This document shows positions 13,401-28,400 of a DNA stretch of 64,000 bases, piece by piece; positions within the stretch are counted from its first letter, which is position 1; each line of letters starts with the position of its first letter. The stretch spans positions 12,881,607 to 12,945,606 of the forward strand of contig NC_134031.1 of NCBI RefSeq assembly GCF_964204645.1, read 5' to 3'. The notes under the pieces were generated by a model that was not told the DNA's origin, made no database searches, and was given only the letters and a program-made list of their open reading frames with translations. The position numbers were made by a program, and so were the translations under genes. The stretch is from Tubulanus polymorphus (lineage: Eukaryota > Animalia > Nemertea).

Positions 13401-16400
13401 TCGATGCGTAAAAGCGCTAAAATCATCAGGAAAAGAACTTTTCGACCCGAAAACGTCGTTCAGAGCGAGAATAGACGTTTTCTTATCAAATTTTCCCCCT
13501 GTCGGAAAAATGACAATATCGATGCGTAAAAGCGCTCAAATCGTCAGGAAAAGCACTTTTCGACCCGAAAACGTCGTTCAGCGCGAGAAAAGACGTTTTC
13601 GTATCAAATATTCCCCCTATAGGAAAAACGACAATGTCGATGCGTAAAAGCGCTCAAATCGTCAGCAAAAGCCCTTTTCGGCCCGAAAACGTCGTTCAGC
13701 GCGAGAAAAGATGTTTTCAGATCAAATATTCCCCCTATCGGAAAAACGACAATGTTGATGCGTTAAAAGCGCTCAAATCGTCAGGAAAAGCACTTTTCGA
13801 CGCGAAAACGTCGTTCAGCGCGAGAAAAGACGTTTTTGTATCAAATATTCCCTATATCGGAAAAACGACGATGTCGATGCGTAAAATCGCTCAAATCGTC
13901 AGGAAAAGCACTTTTCGACCCGAAAACGTCGTTCAGCGCTAGTAAAGACGTTTTCGTATCAAATATTCCCCCTATCGGAAAAAACGACAATGTCGATGTG
14001 TAAAACCGCTCAAATCGTCAGGAAAAGCACTTTTCGATGCGAAAACGTCGTTCAGCGCTAGAAAAGACGTTTTCTTATCAAATATTCCCCCGTCGGAAAA
14101 ATGATAATGTCGATGCGTAAAAGCGCTCAAATCGTCAGGAAAAGCACTTTTCGACCCGAAAACGTCGTTCAGCGCGAGAAAAGACGTTTTCCCATCAAAT
14201 ATTCCCCCTATCGGAAAAACGACTATGTCGATGCGTAAAAGCGTTCAAATCGTAAGGAAAGCACTTTTCGACCCGAAAACGTCGTTCAGCGCGAGAATAG
14301 ACGTTTTCTTATCAAATTTTCCCCCTGTCGGAAAAATGACAATATCGATGCGTAAAAGCGCTCAAATCGTCAGGAAAAGCACTTTTCGACCCGAAAACGT
14401 CGTTCAGCGCGAGAAAAGACGTTTTCGTATCAAATATTCCCCCTATAGGAAAAACGACAATGTCGATGCGTAAAAGCGCTCAAATCGTCAGCAAAAGCAC
14501 TTTTCGGCCCGAAAACGTCGTTCAGCGCGAGAAAGATGTTTTCGGATCAAATATTCCCCCTATGGGAAAAACGACAATGTTGATGCGTAAAAGCGCTCAA
14601 ATCGTCAGGAAAAGCACTTTTCGACGCGAAAACGTCGTTCAGCGCGAGAAAAGACATTTTTGTATCAAATATTCCCTATATCGGAAAAACGACAATGTCG
14701 ATGCATAAAATCGCTCAAATCGTCAGGAAAAGCACTTATCGACCCGAAAACGTCGTTCAGCGCTAGAAAAGACGTTTTCGTATCAAATATTCCCCCTATC
14801 GGAAAAACGACAATGTCGATGTGTAAAAGCGCCAAATCGTCAGGAAAAGCACTTTTCGATGCGAAAACGTCGTTCAGCGCTAGAAAAGACGTTTTCTTAT
14901 CAAATATTCCCCCGTCGGAAAAATGATAATGTCGATGCGTAAAAGCGCTCAAATCGTCAGGAAAAGCACTTTTCGACCCGTAAACGTCGTTCAGCGCGAG
15001 AAAAGACGTTTTCTTATCAAATTTTCCCCCGTCGAAAAATGACAATGTCGATGCGTAAAAGCGTTTAAATCGTCAGGAAAAGCACTTTTCGACCCGAAAA
15101 CGTCGTTCAGCGCGAGAAAAAACGTTTTCTTATCAAATTTTTCCCCTGTCGGAAAAACGACAATATCGATGCGTAAAAGCGCTCAAATCGTCAGGAAGAG
15201 CACTTTTCGACCCGAAAACGTCGTTCAACGCGAGAAAAGACGTTTTCGTATCAAATATTCCCCCTATGGGAAAAACGAAAATGTCGATGCGTAAAAGCGC
15301 TCAAATCGTCAGGAAAAGCACTTTTCGACCCGAAAACGTCGTTCAGCGCGAGAAAAGACGTTTTCGTATCAAATATTCCCCCTATAGGAAAAACGACAAT
15401 GTTGATGCGTAAAAGCGCTCAAATCGTCAGGAAAAGCACTTTTCGACGCGAAAACGCCGTTCAGCGGGAGAAAATACGTTTTCGTATCAAATATTCCCCA
15501 TATCGGAAAAACGACTATGTCGATGCGTAAAAGCGCTCAAATCGTCAGGAAGAGCACTTTTCGACGCGAAAACGTCGTTCAGCGCGAGAAAAGACGTTTT
15601 CGTATCAAATATTCCCCCTATCGGAAAAACGACAATGTCGATGCGTAAAAGCGCTAAAATCATCAGGAAAAGAACTTTTCGACCCGAAAACGTCGTTCAG
15701 CGCAAGAAAAGACGTTTTCGTTTCAAATATTCCCCCTATCGGAAAAACGACAATGTCGATGCGTAAAAGCGCTCAAATCGTCAGGAAAAGCACTTTTCGA
15801 CGCGAAAACGACGTCGTTCAGCGCGAGAAAAGACGTTTTCGTATCAAATATTCCCCCTATCGGAAAAACGACAATGTCGATGCGTAAAAGCGCTAAAATC
15901 ATCAGGAAAAGAACTTTTCGACCCGAAAACGTCGTTCAGCGCGAGAATAGACGTTTTCTTATCAAATTTTCCCCCTGTCGGAAAAATGACAATATCGATG
16001 CGTAAAAGCGCTCAAATCGTCAGGAAAAGCACTTTTCGACCCGAAAACGTCGTTCAGCGCGAGAAAAGACGTTTTCGTATCAAATATTCCCCCTATAGGA
16101 AAAACGACAATGTCGATGCGTAAAAGCGCTCAAATCGTCAGGAAAAGCACTTTTCGACCCGAAAACGTCGTTCAGCGCGAGAAAAGACGTTTTCGTATCA
16201 AATATTGCCCCTATGGGAAAAACGACAATGTCGATGCGTAAAAGCGCTCAAATCGTCAGGAAAAGCACTTTTCGACCCGTCAACGTCGTTCAGCGCGAGA
16301 AAAGACGTTTTCTTATCAAATTTTTCCCCTGTCGGAAAAATGATAATGTCGATGCGTAAAAGCGCTCAAATCGTCAGGAAAAGCACTTTTCGACCCGAAA

Positions 16401-19400
16401 ACGTCGTTCAGCGCGAGAAAAGACGTTTTCGTATCAAATATTCCCCCTATAGGAAAAACGACAATGTCGATGCGTAAAAGCGCTCAAATCGTCAGGAAAA
16501 GCACTTTTCGACCCAAAAACGTCGTTCAGCGCGAGAAAAGACGTTTTCGTATCAAATATTCCCCCTATAGGAAAAACGACAATGTCGATGCGTAAAAGCG
16601 CTCAAATCGTCAGCAAAAGCCCTTTTCGGCCCGAAAACGTCGTTCAGCGCGAGAAAAGATGTTTTCAGATCAAATATTCCCCCTATCGGAAAAACGACAA
16701 TGTTGATGCGTAAAAGCGCTCAAATCGTCAGGAAAAGCACTTTTCGACGCGAAAACGTCGTTCAGCGCGAGAAAAGACGTTTTTGTATCAAATATTCCCT
16801 ATATCGGAAAAACGACGATGTCGATGCGTAAAATCGCTCAAATCGTCAGGAAAAGCACTTTTCGACCCGAAAACGTCGTTCAGCGCTAGAAAAGACGTTT
16901 TCGTATCAAATATTCCCCCTATCGGAAAAAACGACAATGTCGATGTGTAAAAGCGCTCAAATCGTCAGGAAAAGCACTTTTCGATGCGAAAACGTCGTTC
17001 AGCGCTAGAAAAGACGTTTTCTTATCAAATATTCCCCCGTCGGAAAAATGATAATGTCGATGCGTAAAAGCGCTCAAATCGTCAGGAAAAGCACTTTTCG
17101 ACCCGAAAACGTCGTTCAGCGCGAGAAAAGACGTTTTCCTATCAAATATTCCCCCTATCGGAAAAACGACTATGTCGATGCGTAAAAGCGTTCAAATCGT
17201 AAGGAAAGCACTTTTCGACCCGAAAACGTCGTTCAGCGCGAGAAAAGACATTTTCTTATCAAATTTTTCCCCTGTCGGAAAAATGATAATGTCGATGCGT
17301 AAAAGCGCTCAAATTGTCAGGAAAAGCACTTTTCAAACCGTAAACGTCGTTCAGCGCGAGAAAAGACGTTTTCTTATCAAATGTTCCCCCTGTCGGAAAA
17401 ATGACAATGTCGATGCGTAAAAGGGCTCAAATCGTCAGGAAAAGCACTTTTCGACCCGAAAACGTCGTTCAGCGCGAGAAAAGACGTTTTCGTATTAAAT
17501 ATTCCCCCTATGGGAAAAACGACAATGTCGATGCGTAAAAGCGCTCAAATCGTCAAGAAAAGCACTTTTCGACCCAAAAACGTCGTTCAGCGCGAGAAAA
17601 GACGTTTTCGTATCAAATATTCCCCCGTCGGAAAAATGATAATGTCGATGCGTAAAAGCGCTCAAATCGTCAGGAAAAGCACTTTTCGACCCGAAAACGT
17701 CGTTCAGCGCGAGAAAAGACGTTTTCTTATCAATTTTTTCCCCTGTCGGAAAATAATAATGTCGATGCGTAAAAGCGCTCAAATCATCAGGAAAAGCACT
17801 TTTCGACCCGTAAACGTCGTTCAGCGCGAGAAAAGACGTTTTCTTATCAAATTTTCCCCCTGTCGGAATAATGACAATGTCGATGCGTAAAAGCGTTCAA
17901 ATCGTAAGGAAAGCACTTTTCGACCCGAAAACGTCGTTCAGCGCGAGAAAAGACATTTTCTTATCAAATTTTTCCCCTTTCGGAAAAATGATAATGTCGA
18001 TGCGTAAAAGCGCTCAAATTGTCAGGAAAAGCACTTTTCAAACCGTAAACGTCGTTCAGCGCGAGAAAAGACGTTTTCTTATCAAATGTTCCCCCTGTCG
18101 GAAAAATGATAATGTCGATGCGTAAAAGCGCTCAAATTGTCAGGAAAAGCACTTTTCGACCCGTAAACGTCGTTCAGCGCGAGAAAAGACGTTTTCCTAT
18201 CAAATATCCCCCCTATCGGAAAAACGACAATTTCGATGCGTAAAAGCGCTAAAATCATCAGGAAAAGCACTTTTCGACCCGAAAACGTCGTTCAGCGCGA
18301 GAAAAGAAGTTTTCGTATCAAATAATTCCCCATATCGGAAAAACGACAATGTCGATGCGTAAAATCGCTCAAATCGTCGGGAAAAGCACTTTTCGACGCG
18401 AAAACGTCGTTCAGCGCGATGCGTAAAAGCGCTCAAATCGTCAGGAAAAGCACTTTTCGACCCGTCAACGTCGTTCAGCGCGAGAAAAGACGTTTTCTTA
18501 TCAAATTTTTCCCCTGTCGGAAAAATGATAATGTCGATGCGTAAAAGCGCTCAAATCGTCAGGAAAAGCACTTTTCGACCCGAAAACGTCGTTCAGCGCG
18601 AGAAAAGACGTTTTCGTATCAAATATGCCCCCTATGGGAAAAACGACAATGTCGATGCGTAAAAGCGCTAAAATCGTCAGGAAAAGCACTTTTCGACGCG
18701 AAAACGTCGTTCAGTGCGACAAAAGACATTTTCGTATCAAATATTCCCCCTATGGGAAAAACGACATTGTCGATGCGTAAAAGCGCTCAAATCGTCAGGA
18801 AAAGCACTTTTCGACGCGAAAACGTCGTTCAGCGCGACAAAAGACGTTTTCGTATCAAATATTCCCCCTATGGGAAAAACGACAATGTCGATGCGTAAAA
18901 GCGCTCAAATCGTCAGGAAAAGCACTATTCGACCCGAAAACGTCGTTCAGCGCGAGAAAAGACGTTTTCGTTTCAAATATTCCCCCTTTCGGAAAAACGA
19001 CAATGTCGATGCGTAAAAGCGCTCAAATCGTCAGGAAAAGCACTTTTCGACGCGAAAACGTCGTTCAGCGCGAGAAAAGACGTTTTCGTATCAAATATTC
19101 CCCCTATGGGAAAAAACGACAAATTCGATGCGTAAAAGCGCTCAAATCGTCAGGAAAATCACTTTTCGACCCGAAAACGTCGTTCAGCGCGAGAAAAGAC
19201 GTTTTCGAATCAAATATTCCCCCTATGGGAAAAACGACAATGTCGATGCGTAAAAGCGCTCAAATCGTCAGGAAAAGCACTTTTCGACGCGAAAACGTCG
19301 TTCAGCGCTAGAAAAGACGATTTCGTATCAAATATTCCCCCTATGGGAAAAACGACAATGTCGATGCGTAAAGCGCTCAAATCGTCAGGAAAAGCACTAT

Positions 19401-22400
19401 TCGACCCGAAAACGTCGTTCAGCGCGAGAAAAGACGTTTTCGTTTCAAATATTCCCCCTTTCGGAAAAACGACAATGTCGATGCGTAAAAGCGCTCAAAT
19501 CGTCAGGAAAAGCACTTTTCGACGCGAAAACGTCGTTCATCGCGAGAAAAGACGTTTTCGTATCAAATATTCCCCTATGGGAAAAACGACAATGTCGATG
19601 CGTAAAAGCGCTCAAATCGTCAGGAAAAGCACTTTTCGACCCGAAAACTTCGTTCAGCGCTAGAAAAGACGTTTTCGTTTCAAATATTCCCCCTGTCGGA
19701 AAAACGACAATGTCGATGCGTAAAAGCGCTCAAATCGACAGGAAAAGCACTTTTCGACCCGAAAACGTCGTTCAGCGCTAGAAAAGACGTTTTCTTATCA
19801 AATATTCCCCCTCTCGGAAAAACGACAATGTCGATGCGTAAAAGCGCTCAAATCGTCAGGAAAAGCACTTTTCGACGCGAAAACGTCGTTCAGCGCGAGA
19901 AAAGACGTTTTCGTATCAAATATTCCCCCTATGGGAAAAACGACAATGTCGATGCGTAAAAGTGCTCAAATCGTCAGGAAAAGCACTTTTCGACCCGAAA
20001 ACGTCGTTCAGCGAGAGAAAAGACATTTTCTTATCAAATTTTTCCCCTGTCGGAAAAATGATAATGTCGATGCGTAAAAGCGCTCAAATTGTCAGGAAAA
20101 GCACTTTTCGACCCGTAAACGTCGTTCAGCGCGAGAAAAGACGTTTTCGGATCAAATATTCCCCCTATCAGAAAAACGAAAATGTCGATGCGTCAAAGAG
20201 CTCAAAGCGTCAGCAAAAGCACTTTTCGATGCGAAAACGTCGTTCAGCGCTAGAAAAGACGTTTTCGAATCAAATTTTCCCCCGTCGGAAAAATGACAAT
20301 GTCGATGCGTAAAAGGGCTCAAATCGTCAGGAAAAGCACTTTTCGACGCGAAAACGTCGTTCAGCGCTAGAAAAGACGATTTCGTATCAAATATTCCCCC
20401 TATGGGAAAAACGACAATGTCGATGCGTAAAGCGCTCAAATCGTCAGGAAAAGCACTATTCGACCCGAAAACGTCGTTCAGCGCGAGAAAAGACGTTTTC
20501 GTTTCAAATATTCCCCCTTTCGGAAAAACGACAATGTCGATGCGTAAAAGCGCTCAAATCGTCAGGAAAAGCACTTTTCGACGCGAAAACGTCGTTCATC
20601 GCGAGAAAAGACGTTTTCGTATCAAATATTCCCCTATGGGAAAAACGACAATGTCGATGCGTAAAAGCGCTCAAATCGTCAGGAAAAGCACTTTTCGACC
20701 CGAAAACTTCGTTCAGCGCTAGAAAAGACGTTTTCGTTTCAAATATTCCCCCTGTCGGAAAAACGACAATGTCGATGCGTAAAAGCGCTCAAATCGACAG
20801 GAAAAGCACTTTTCGACCCGAAAACGTCGTTCAGCGCTAGAAAAGACGTTTTCGTTTCAAATATTCCCCCTCTCGGAAAAACGACAATGTCGATGCGTAA
20901 AAGCGCTCAAATCGTCAGGAAAAGCACTTTTCGACGCGAAAACGTCGTTCAGCGCGAGAAAAGACGTTTTCGTATCAAATATTCCCCCTATGGGAAAAAC
21001 GACAATGTCGATGCGTAAAAGTGCTCAAATCGTCAGGAAAAGCACTTTTCGACCCGAAAACGTCGTTCAGCGCAAGAAAAGACGTTTTCGTATCAAATAT
21101 TCCCCCCATTGGGAAAAACGACAAATTCGATGCGTAAAAGCGCTCAAATCGTCAGGAAAAGCACTTTTCAAACCGTAAACGTCGTTCAGCGCGAGAAAAG
21201 ACGTTTTCTTATCAAATGTTCCCCTCGGAAAAATGATAATGTCGATGCGTAAAAGCGCTCAAATTGTCAGGAAAAGCACTTTTCGACCCGAAAACGTCGT
21301 TCAGCGAGAGAAAAGACATTTTCTTATCAAATTTTTCCCCTGTCGGAAAAATGATAATGTCGATGCGTAAAAGCGCTCAAATTGTCAGGAAAAGCACTTT
21401 TCGACCCGTAAACGTCGTTCAGCGCGAGAAAAGACGTTTTCGGATCAAATATTCCCCCTATCGGAAAAACGACAATGTCGATGCGTCAAAGAGCTCAAAG
21501 CGTCAGCAAAAGCACTTTTCGATGCGAAAACGTCGTTCAGCGCTAGAAAAGACGTTTTCGAATCAAATTTTCCCCCGTCGGAAAAATGACAATGTCGATG
21601 CGTAAAAGGGCTCAAATCGTCAGGAAAAGCACTTTTCGAACCGAAAACGTCGTTCAGCGCGAGAAAAGAAGTTTTCGTATTAAATATTCCCCCTATGGGA
21701 AAAACGACAATGTCGATGCGTAAAAGCGCTCAAATCGTCAGGAAAAGCACTTTTCGACCCGAAAACGTCGTTCAGCGCGAGAAAAGACGTTTTCCTATCA
21801 AATATTCCCCCTATCGGAAAAACGACAATTTCGATGCGTAAAAGCGCTAAAATCATCAGGAAAAGCACTTTTCGACCCGAAAACGTCGTTCAGCGCGAGA
21901 AAAGAAGTTTTCGTATCAAATAATTCCCCATATCGGAAAAACGACAATGTCGATGCGTAAAATCGCTCAAATCGTCAGGAAAAGCACTTTTCGACGCGAA
22001 AACGTCGTTCAGCGCGACAAAAGACGTTTTCGTATCAAATATTCCCCCTATGGGAAAAACGACAATGTCGATGCGTAAAAGCGCTCAAATCGTCAGGAAA
22101 AGCACTTTTCGACCCGTCAACGTCGTTCAGCGCGAGAAAAGACGTTTTCTTATCAAATTTTTCCCCTGTCGGAAAAATGATAATGTCGAAGCGTAAAAGC
22201 GCTCAAATCGTCAGGAAAAGCACTTTTCGACCCGAAAACGTCGTTCAGCGCGAGAAAAGACGTTTTCGTATCAAATATGCCCCCTATGGGAAAAACGACA
22301 ATGTCGATGCGTAAAAGCGCTCAAATCGTCAGGAAAAGCACTTTTCGACCCGTCAACGTCGTTCAGCGCGAGAAAAGACGTTTTCTTATCAAATTTTTCC

Positions 22401-25400
22401 CCTGTCGGAAAAATGATAATGTCGAAGCGTAAAAGCGCTCAAATCGTCAGGAAAAGCACTTTTCGACCCGAAAACGTCGTTCAGCGCGAGAAAAGACGTT
22501 TTCGTATCAAATATGCCCCCTATGGGAAAAACGACAATGTCGATGCGTAAAAGCGCTCAAATCGTCAGGAAAAGCACTTTTCGACGCGAAAACGTCGTTC
22601 AGTGCGACAAAAGACATTTTCGTATCAAATATTCCCCCTATGGGAAAAACGACAATGTCGATGCGTAAAAGCGCTCAAATCGTCAGGAAAAGCACTTTTC
22701 GACGCGAAAACGTCGTTCAGCGCTAGAAAAGACGATTTCGTATCAAATATTCCCCCTATGGGAAAAACGACAATGTCGATGCGTAAAGCGCTCAAATCGT
22801 CAGGAAAAGCACTATTCGACCCGAAAACGTCGTTCAGCGCGAGAAAAGACGTTTTCGTTTCAAATATTCCCCCTTTCGGAAAAACGACAATGTCGATGCG
22901 TAAAAGCGCTCAAATCGTCAGGAAAAGCACTTTTCGACGCGAAAACGTCGTTCATCGCGAGAAAAGACGTTTTCGTATCAAATATTCCCCCTATGGGAAA
23001 AACGACAATGTCGATGCGTAAAAGCGCTCAAATCGTCAGGAAAAGCACTTTTCGACCCGAAAACTTCGTTCAGCGCTAGAAAAGACGTTTTCGTTTCAAA
23101 TATTCCCCCTGTCGGAAAAACGACAATGTCGATGCGTAAAAGCGCTCAAATCGACAGGAAAAGCACTTTTCGACCCGAAAACGTCGTTCAGCGCGAGAAA
23201 AGACGTTTTCGTATCAAATATTCCCCCTATGGGAAAAACGACAATGTCGAGAAAAGACGTTTTCGTATCAAATATTCCCCCTATGGGAAAAAACGACAAA
23301 TTCGATGCGTAAAAGCGCTCAAATCGTCAGGAAAATCACTTTTCGACCCGAAAACGTCGTTCAGCGCGAGAAAAGACGTTTTCGTATCAAATATTCCCCC
23401 TATGGGAAAAACGACATTGTCGATGCGTAAAAGCGCTCAAATCGTCAGGAAAAGCACTTTTCGACGCGAAAACGTCGTTCAGCGCTAGAAAAGACGATTT
23501 CGTATCAAATATTCCCCCTATGGGAAAAACGACAATGTCGATGCGTAAAGCGCTCAAATCGTCAGGAAAAGCACTTTTCGACCCGTCAACGTCGTTCAGC
23601 GCGAGAAAAGACGTTTTCTTATCAAATTTTTCCCCTGTCGGAAAAATGATAATGTCGATGAGTAAAAGCGCTCAAATCGTCAGGAAAAGCACTTTTCGAC
23701 CCGAAAACGTCGTTCAGCGCGAGAAAAGACGTTTTCGTATCAAATATGCCCCCTATGGGAAAAACGACAATGTCGATGCGTAAAAGCGCTCAAATCGTCA
23801 GGAAAAGCACTTTTCGACGCGAAATCGTCGTTCAGCGCGAGAAAAGACATTTTCTTATCAAATTTTTCCCCTGTCGGAAAAATGATAATGTCGATGCGTA
23901 AAAGCGCTCAAATCGTCAGGAAAAGCACTTTTCGACCCGAAAACGTCGTTCAGCGCGAGAAATGAAATTTTCTTATCAAATTTTTCCCCTGTCGGAAAAA
24001 TGATAATGTCGATGCGTAAAAGCGCTCAAATCGTCAGGAAAAGCACTTTTCGACCCGAAAACGTCGTTCAGCGCGAGAAAAGACGTTTTCGTATCAAATA
24101 TTCCCCCTATGGGAAAAACGACAATGTCGATGCGTAAAAGCGCTCAAATCGTCAGGAAAAGCACTTTTCGACGCGAAAACGTCGTTCAGCGCTAGAAAAG
24201 ACGATTTCGTATCAAATATTCCCCCTATGGGAAAAACGACAATGTCGATGCGTAAAGCGCTCAAATCGTCAGGAAAAGCACTTTTCGACCCGTCAACGTC
24301 GTTCAGCGCGAGAAAAGACGTTTTCTTATCAAATTTTTCCCCTGTCGGAAAAATGATAATGTCGATGCGTAAAAGCGCTCAAATCGTCAGGAAAAGCACT
24401 TTTCGACCCGAAAACGTCGTTCAGCGCGAGAAAAGACGTTTTCGTATCAAATATGCCCCCTATGGGAAAAACGACAATGTCGATGCGTAAAAGCGCTCAA
24501 ATCGTCAGGAAAAGCACTTTTCGACGCGAAAACGTCGTTCAGCGCGACAAAAGACATTTTCGTATCAAATATTCCCCCTATGGGAAAAACGACAATGTCG
24601 ATGCGTAAAAGCGCTCAAATCGTCAGGAAAAGCACTTTTCGACGCGAAAACGTCGTTCAGCGCGACAAAAGACGTTTTCGTATCAAATATTCCCCCTATG
24701 GGAAAAACGACAATGTCGATGCGTAAAAGCGCTCAAATCGTCAGGAAAAGCACTATTCGACCCGAAAACGTCGTTCAGCGCGAGAAAAGACGTTTTCGTT
24801 TCAAATATTCCCCCTTTCGGAAAAACGACAATGTCGATGCGTAAAAGCGCTCAAATCGTCAGGAAAAGCACTTTTCGACGCGAAAACGTCGTTCAGCGCG
24901 AGAAAAGACGTTTTCGTATCAAATATTCCCCCTATGGGAAAAAACGACAAATTCGATGCGTAAAAGCGCTCAAATCGTCAGGAAAATCACTTTTCGACCC
25001 GAAAACGTCGTTCAGCGCGAGAGAAGACGTTTTCTTATCAAATATTCCCCCTATGGGAAAAACGACAATGTCGATGCGTAAAAGCGCTCAAATCGTCAGG
25101 AAAAGCACTTTTCGACGCGAAAACGTCGTTCAGCGCTAGAAAAGACGATTTCGTATCAAATATTCCCCCTATGGGAAAAACGACAATGTCGATGCGTAAA
25201 GCGCTCAAATCGTCAGGAAAAGCACTATTCGACCCGAAAACGTCGTTCAGCGCGAGAAAAGACGTTTTCGTTTCAAATATTCCCCCTTTCGGAAAAACGA
25301 CAATGTCGATGCGTAAAAGCGCTCAAATCGTCAGGAAAAGCACTTTTCGACGCGAAAACGTCGTTCAGCGCGAGAAAAGACGTTTTCGTATCAAATATTC

Positions 25401-28400
25401 CCCTATGGGAAAAAACGACAAATTCGATGCGTAAAAGCGCTCAAATCGTCAGGAAAATCACTTTTCGACCCGAAAACGTCGTTCAGCGCGAGAAAAGACG
25501 TTTTCGTATCAAATATTCCCCCTATGGGAAAAACGACAATGTCGATGCGTAAAATCGCTCAAATCGTCAGGAAAAGCACTTTTCGACGCGAAAACGTCGT
25601 TCAGCGCGACAAAAGACGTTTTCGTATCAAATATTCCCCCTATGGGAAAAACGACAATGTCGATGCGTAAAAGCGCTCAAATCGTCAGGAAAAGCACTTT
25701 TCGACCCGTCAACGTCGTTCAGCGCGAGAAAAGACGTTTTCTTATCAAATTTTTCCCCTGTCGGAAAAATGATAATGTCGAAGCGTAAAAGCGCTCAAAT
25801 CGTCAGGAAAAGCACTTTTCGACCCGAAAACGTCGTTCAGCGCGAGAAAAGACGTTTTCGTATCAAATATGCCCCCTATGGGAAAAACGACAATGTCGAT
25901 GCGTAAAAGCGCTCAAATCGTCAGGAAAAGCACTTTTCGACGCGAAAACGTCGTTCAGTGCGACAAAAGACATTTTCGTATCAAATATTCCCCCTATGGG
26001 AAAAACGACAATGTCGATGCGTAAAAGCGCTCAAATCGTCAGGAAAAGCACTTTTCGACGCGAAAACGTCGTTCAGCGCGACAAAAGACGTTTTCGTATC
26101 AAATATTCCCCCTATGGGAAAAACGACAATGTCGATGCGTAAAAGCGCTCAAATCGTCAGGAAAAGCACTATTCGACCCGAAAACGTCGTTTAGCGCGAG
26201 AAAAGACGTTTTCGTTTCAAATATTCCCCCTTTCGGAAAAACGACAATGTCGATGCGTAAAAGCGCTCGAATCGTCAGGAAAAGCACTTTTCGACGCGAA
26301 AACGTCGTTCAGCGCGAGAAAAGACGTTTTCGTATCAAATATTCCCCCTATGGGAAAAAACGACAAATTCGATGCGTAAAAGCGCTCAAATCGTCAGGAA
26401 AATCACTTTTCGACCCGAAAACGTCGTTCAGCGCGAGAAAAGACGTTTTCGTATCAAATTTTCCCCCTATGGGAAAAACGACAATGTCGATGCGTAAAAG
26501 CGCTCAAATCGTCAGGAAAACCACTTTTCGACGCGAAAACGTCGTTCAGCGCTAGAAAAGACGATTTCGTATCAAATATTCCCCCTATGGGAAAAACGAC
26601 AATGTCGATGCGTAAAGCGCTCAAATCGTCAGGAAAAGCACTATTCGACCCGAAAACGTCGTTCAGCGCGAGAAAAGACGTTTTCGTTTCAAATATTCCC
26701 CCTTTCGGAAAAACGACAATGTCGATGCGTAAAAGCGCTCAAATCGTCAGGAAAAGCACTTTTCGACGCGAAAACGTCGTTCATCGCGAGAAAAGACGTT
26801 TTCGTATCAAATATTCCCCCTATGGGAAAAACGACAATGTCGATGCGTAAAAGCGCTCAAATCGTCAGGAAAAGCACTTTTCGACCCGAAAACTTCGTTC
26901 AGCGCTAGAAAAGACGTTTTCGTTTCAAATATTCCCCCTGTCGGAAAAACGACAATGTCGATGCGTAAAAGCGCTCAAATCGACAGGAAAAGCACTTTTC
27001 GACCCGAAAACGTCGTTCAGCGCTAGAAAAGACGTTTTCGTTTCAAATATTCCCCCTCTCGGAAAAACGACAATGTCGATGCGTAAAAGCGCTCAAATCG
27101 TCAGGAAAAGCACTTTTCGACGCGAAAACGTCGTTCAGCGCGAGAAAAGACGTTTTCGTATCAAATATTCCCCCTATGGGAAAAACGACAATGTCGATGC
27201 GTAAAAGCGCTCAAATCGTCAGGAAAAGCACTTTTCGACCCGAAAACGTCGTTCAGCGCGAGAAAAGACGTTTTCGTATCAAATATTCCCCCTATGGGAA
27301 AAACGACAAATTCGATGCCTAAAAGCGCTCAAATCGTCAGGAAAAGCACTTTTCGACCCGTAAACGTCGTTCAGCGCGAGAAAAGACGTTTTCTTATCAA
27401 ATTTTCCCCCTGTCGGAAAAACGGCAATGTCGATGCGTAAAAGCGCTCAAATCGTCAGGAAAAGCACTTTTCGACGCGAAAACGTCGTTCAGCGCGAGAA
27501 AAGACATTTTCTTATCAAATTTTTCCCCTGTCGGAAAAATGATAATGTCGATGCGTAAAAGCGCTCAAATCGTCAGGAAAAGCACTTTTCGACCCGAAAA
27601 CGTCGTTCAGCGCGAGAAATGAAATTTTCTTATCAAATTTTTCCCCTGTCGGAAAAATGATAATGTCGATGCGTAAAAGCGCTCAAATCGTCAGGAAAAG
27701 CACTTTTCGACCCGTAAACGTCGTTCAGCGCGAGAAAAGACGTTTTCGTTTCAAATATTCCCCATTTCGGAAAAACGACAAATTCGATGCGTAAAAGCGC
27801 TCAAATCGTCAGGAAAATCACTTTTCGACCCGAAAACGTCGTTCAGCGCGAGAAAAGACGTTTTCGTATCAAATATTCCCCCTATGGGAAAAACGACAAT
27901 GTCGATGCGTAAAAGCGCTCAAATCGTCAGGAAAAGCACTTTTCGACGCGAAAACGTCGTTCAGCGCTAGAAAAGACGATTTCGTATCAAATATTCCCCC
28001 TATGGGAAAAACGACAATGTCGATGCGTAAAGCGCTCAAATCGTCAGGAAAAGCACTATTCGACCCGAAAACGTCGTTCAGCGCGAGAAAAGACGTTTTC
28101 GTTTCAAATATTCCCCCTATGGGAAAAACGACAATGTCGATGCGTAAAAGCGCTCAAATCGTCAGGAAAAGCACTTTTCGACCCGAAAACGTCGTTCAGC
28201 GCTAGAAAAGACGTTTTCGTTTCAAATAATTCCCCTCTCGGAAAAACGACAATGTCGATGCGTAAAAGCGCTCAAATCGTCAGGAAAAGCACTTTTCGAC
28301 CCGAAAACGTCGTTCAGCGCGAGAAAAGACGTTTTCGTATCAAATATTCCCCCTATGGGAAAAACGACAATGTCGATGCGTAAAAGCGCTCAAATCGTCA

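Noticed and set aside
4498-28205. Dozens of 60-140-aa ORFs (MSMRKSAQIVRK...) in the left satellite arm
   Set aside because: They are translations of the 118-bp repeat. The period is not a multiple of 3, and the ORFs open and close with monomer indels.
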